Shown one piece after another: positions 61,301-64,000 of a DNA stretch of 64,000 nt (positions are counted from its first letter, which is position 1; every line of letters starts with the position of its first letter). Position numbers and translations under genes: made by a program. A model generated the notes under the pieces. It was not told the origin of the DNA. It saw nothing but the letters and a program-made list of their open reading frames with translations, and made no database searches. The DNA lies in contig NMRA01000731.1 of NCBI GenBank assembly GCA_002633005.1, positions 54,996 to 118,995 of the forward strand, written 5' to 3'. This DNA comes from Phoronis australis. Taxonomy: Eukaryota; Animalia; Phoronida.

Positions 61301-64000
61301 CGAGTTGAAGATATATTCGAAAGTTTCTCATCGCTGTCATGTGTAATTAGTCACATCTGGTTTAATTTGTTGATCAAAAGTATTAACATCAAGTCCTGGT
61401 GAGGTAGGGACTACCGGGACTAACAAGTGATTTTTCATTGATCTGAAGAATAACTGATGTTATTAAATATATTTTTTATTAAAATAAAAAACAGGCTTGT
61501 AATTGAAAATAAAAATTATTTGACCATTTTTTAAATTTTGAAAAAAAAACGAGCACAGCCTCAGAAATCGCTTTAGCATTATATCCCAGGAAGGTTCTCT
61601 GTTCACTCCCTTGCACACATTCACAAGTTGGCCATCAATTCTGCTTTTTTGGTTTTAATAATTCTTATATACGTCTATTTTCACTTAATATCAATCTGGC
61701 CCAAGTTGAATTTTAAAATTAAAACACCTAACTCGTTCATTATTTGGGCATTAAAACATTTTTTCTTACACAAGTTATTCATATTTGCACAGATATTTGA
61801 CTTCCAGAGTCCTTGCCATTTGAAGTCCATGATATGCAGCTACTGTTAGTCCCGCAATATCTTGCCAATAGGGCCGTCCCGGATTACACGGCGATATGTC
61901 CCATGTGACCTAGTTTTCAAAATCAGGCACATTTTCGCACATCTCATTGATGTCATAACGGTGTTTTCACATTGAGTCCAACTTGTTGGGTAATGTAAGC
62001 ACAACAACAAGTTGGGTGGATGACTGCTGTAGCCAGTATTCTTACACCACTGATTAGTCCTTTCTGGGATTTATGGTTGGAGGGTCTGAGTTCTCTTTTG
62101 TTCGGTAATTGCTCTAATCTCCGATAAGATAATATCTAGCCAGAATGGGCTGTGCTGTTAAAAATAAAAGCTAAGTTATAAAATGTTGGAATATAAATCA
62201 ATACATTTCTGAATCGATGCTCAAATGCAGATTATGTTTAGTTTTTCAATCACCAAAATCACCCAACTTAACAACTGAAGTTAAGACAATCTATTCTATC
62301 CCAACGTACCAACGCACACTGGGTTTGGCTATTCGCTTGTGGTCAGTAATAAGTCCGGTAGATGATTGGCCTGCGTGTGCTCCCTAGTTAACAAAGGAGC
62401 TAGAAAAATAATTATCGCATGCTCACAACCTCTCTATTTCTGGTAGTCACTGAATGGGAGAACGCCCTCAGTTATCGAAAAGGCGAAGAATTTCAAATCA
62501 CACATTCATGGGTATTTGCCCAGTTTATCAAACTTGTGCACGTAGGAGTTGCAGCCAACAGCCCAGCAGTAATACTTTTTTGGCATTGGAAGGACGAATA
62601 GAGTAATGCAACGGAGAAAAAATTCTTGAGAATCAGACAACAACAAATAATATGTGAAACTCTAGTTGCTTGAAAACGAGGCAGCAAATGTACCTGACGA
62701 ATTTTTACGGCATTGTAGGTAAATACAGCGAGACTGGAGTGTCGCCGGCTGTGTAATCTATGACAGCCCTATTTAAGACGCAATATGGCAGACACGTGAC
62801 GTTTGTTTTTTCTTGTTTTTCACAAAATATTTGTAGCACCAAATAAACATATAAATTTAAAGTTCTATACACTCACTACCTGCCAACAGACATTTTTAAG
62901 TTAATATGGGCATTCACAACAACGTCAGAATACTTTGAAAAATGTTAATTCTTCCAATTATTTTTTATCCAATATTGATGAGATTTTTCTGTATATCAAT
63001 TTTCATACTGTTGTTATTGTTATTATTACTTTGCCAGCATATTTCTGTAATGTTTACGCTAACTTCTTCATTGGCTTTTGGTGAGTACTAGTAATTTTAG
63101 TGGCCCCTCCGGTCATCCAGTGTTGTTCTGTTCAATATCGCTGTAGCAAATGGAATGAGCAGCAGTGATTTATAGCCACGTACCAGAGGCAGATGACATT
63201 CATGATAGAAACATTAGTGAGTTTCGTTTGTGTTCTGTTATTTCTAAGAGTTATTTCCTGTTGATTTGAATCATGGAGTTTTATTAGTGAATTTTTGCCC
63301 ACACATCCAGGTCATTAAAAAAGGATATCTTAAACCTTATTCACAAAAATTGTCCATTTTTACAATAGTTCACATACGTATAGCAAAATACCTTATCTTT
63401 GTTCTTCGGGAACTTCAAATACGAAATATATACCATGTAACGAGAAAAAAGATTTAACAGAACCACCCTGGAACCACACAACCAGATGGAAATTTGTTTA
63501 CTACATATCCAAGGTCTCACAGTTACAGAGCTGTTACTCAAATTGAAGTTGAAGCCAAGCATAAAGCAGCTCTGTGTGGACCCTCAGTCCTTTCGTTCAC
63601 AAAGTCCTCTTAATATTGAGTTAAGTAGGTGTACGTATGATAGGAAGATGCTAGGGAAAACTAATACGAAACGTAGTTTTGATCCTGAGGGAGTTAATGT
63701 GCATCTGCACAACAAATTGTTCCTTGTCGCCCGCATCATGTCGTGAACACATCCACTAAAACAAGAAACTGTAGGAACACCACATTTATCCACCTTCACT
63801 CTTATCAGGCTTCTATTGTGAGTCAGCATGCGTGAATAATTGGCTGATAAGCCACCTCTGGAACTACTTTTGGCTGAATGGATGACCAGGCCATAAAATG
63901 ATAATTAGCCAAGACCAGTTACTATAATGCAACAAAGAATAATGTCTTGCATCACCTAGCCTTGGTGGAAAGCTGTATACTGTATTGGCTCAAACAAACG

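Larger units (their letters stand above)
17563..64000 (+). other. Probable very large first intron of the MSRRKQ gene
   Basis: No zinc-finger or other convincing phase-1 coding exon recognised downstream by eye; a small unrecognised exon cannot be excluded. Confidence 0.6.

Overview
AT-rich eukaryotic (animal, probably invertebrate bilaterian) genomic DNA; the supplied ORF track is almost entirely spurious because the real genes are spliced. Two host genes are recognisable, both on the + strand: (1) the last three coding exons of spastin (504-574, 1819-1859, 2583-2705), with the same exon lengths and phases as human SPAST exons 15-17; (2) the first coding exon (17511-17562, MSRRKQEKPQHRKTIDS) of a zinc-finger repressor carrying the N-terminal NuRD-recruiting motif (BCL11/SALL-type), followed by an intron that appears to run past the window end (>46 kb). 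The rest is intergenic/intronic DNA with many non-autonomous or decayed DNA transposons (mariner fossil, Tc2/pogo-type, Harbinger, hAT-like with 5-bp TSD, Kolobok-like, Helentron-like), SINE remnants and minisatellites. Five single-N joins (13531, 24901, 44290, 46717, 59479) mark contig boundaries; two are flanked by near-identical ~1.2-1.4 kb duplicates that look like uncollapsed haplotypes. Most notable: a junction at ~46919 that has the exact geometry of a ~17 kb intronic inversion allele, a TA-flanked Tc2/pogo-type element carrying a decayed HIRAN-like ORF instead of a transposase, a nested transposon stack inside one mariner fossil, and repeat-borne arrays of co-oriented CTCF-like motifs. 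No CRISPR, rRNA or intact tRNA was seen.
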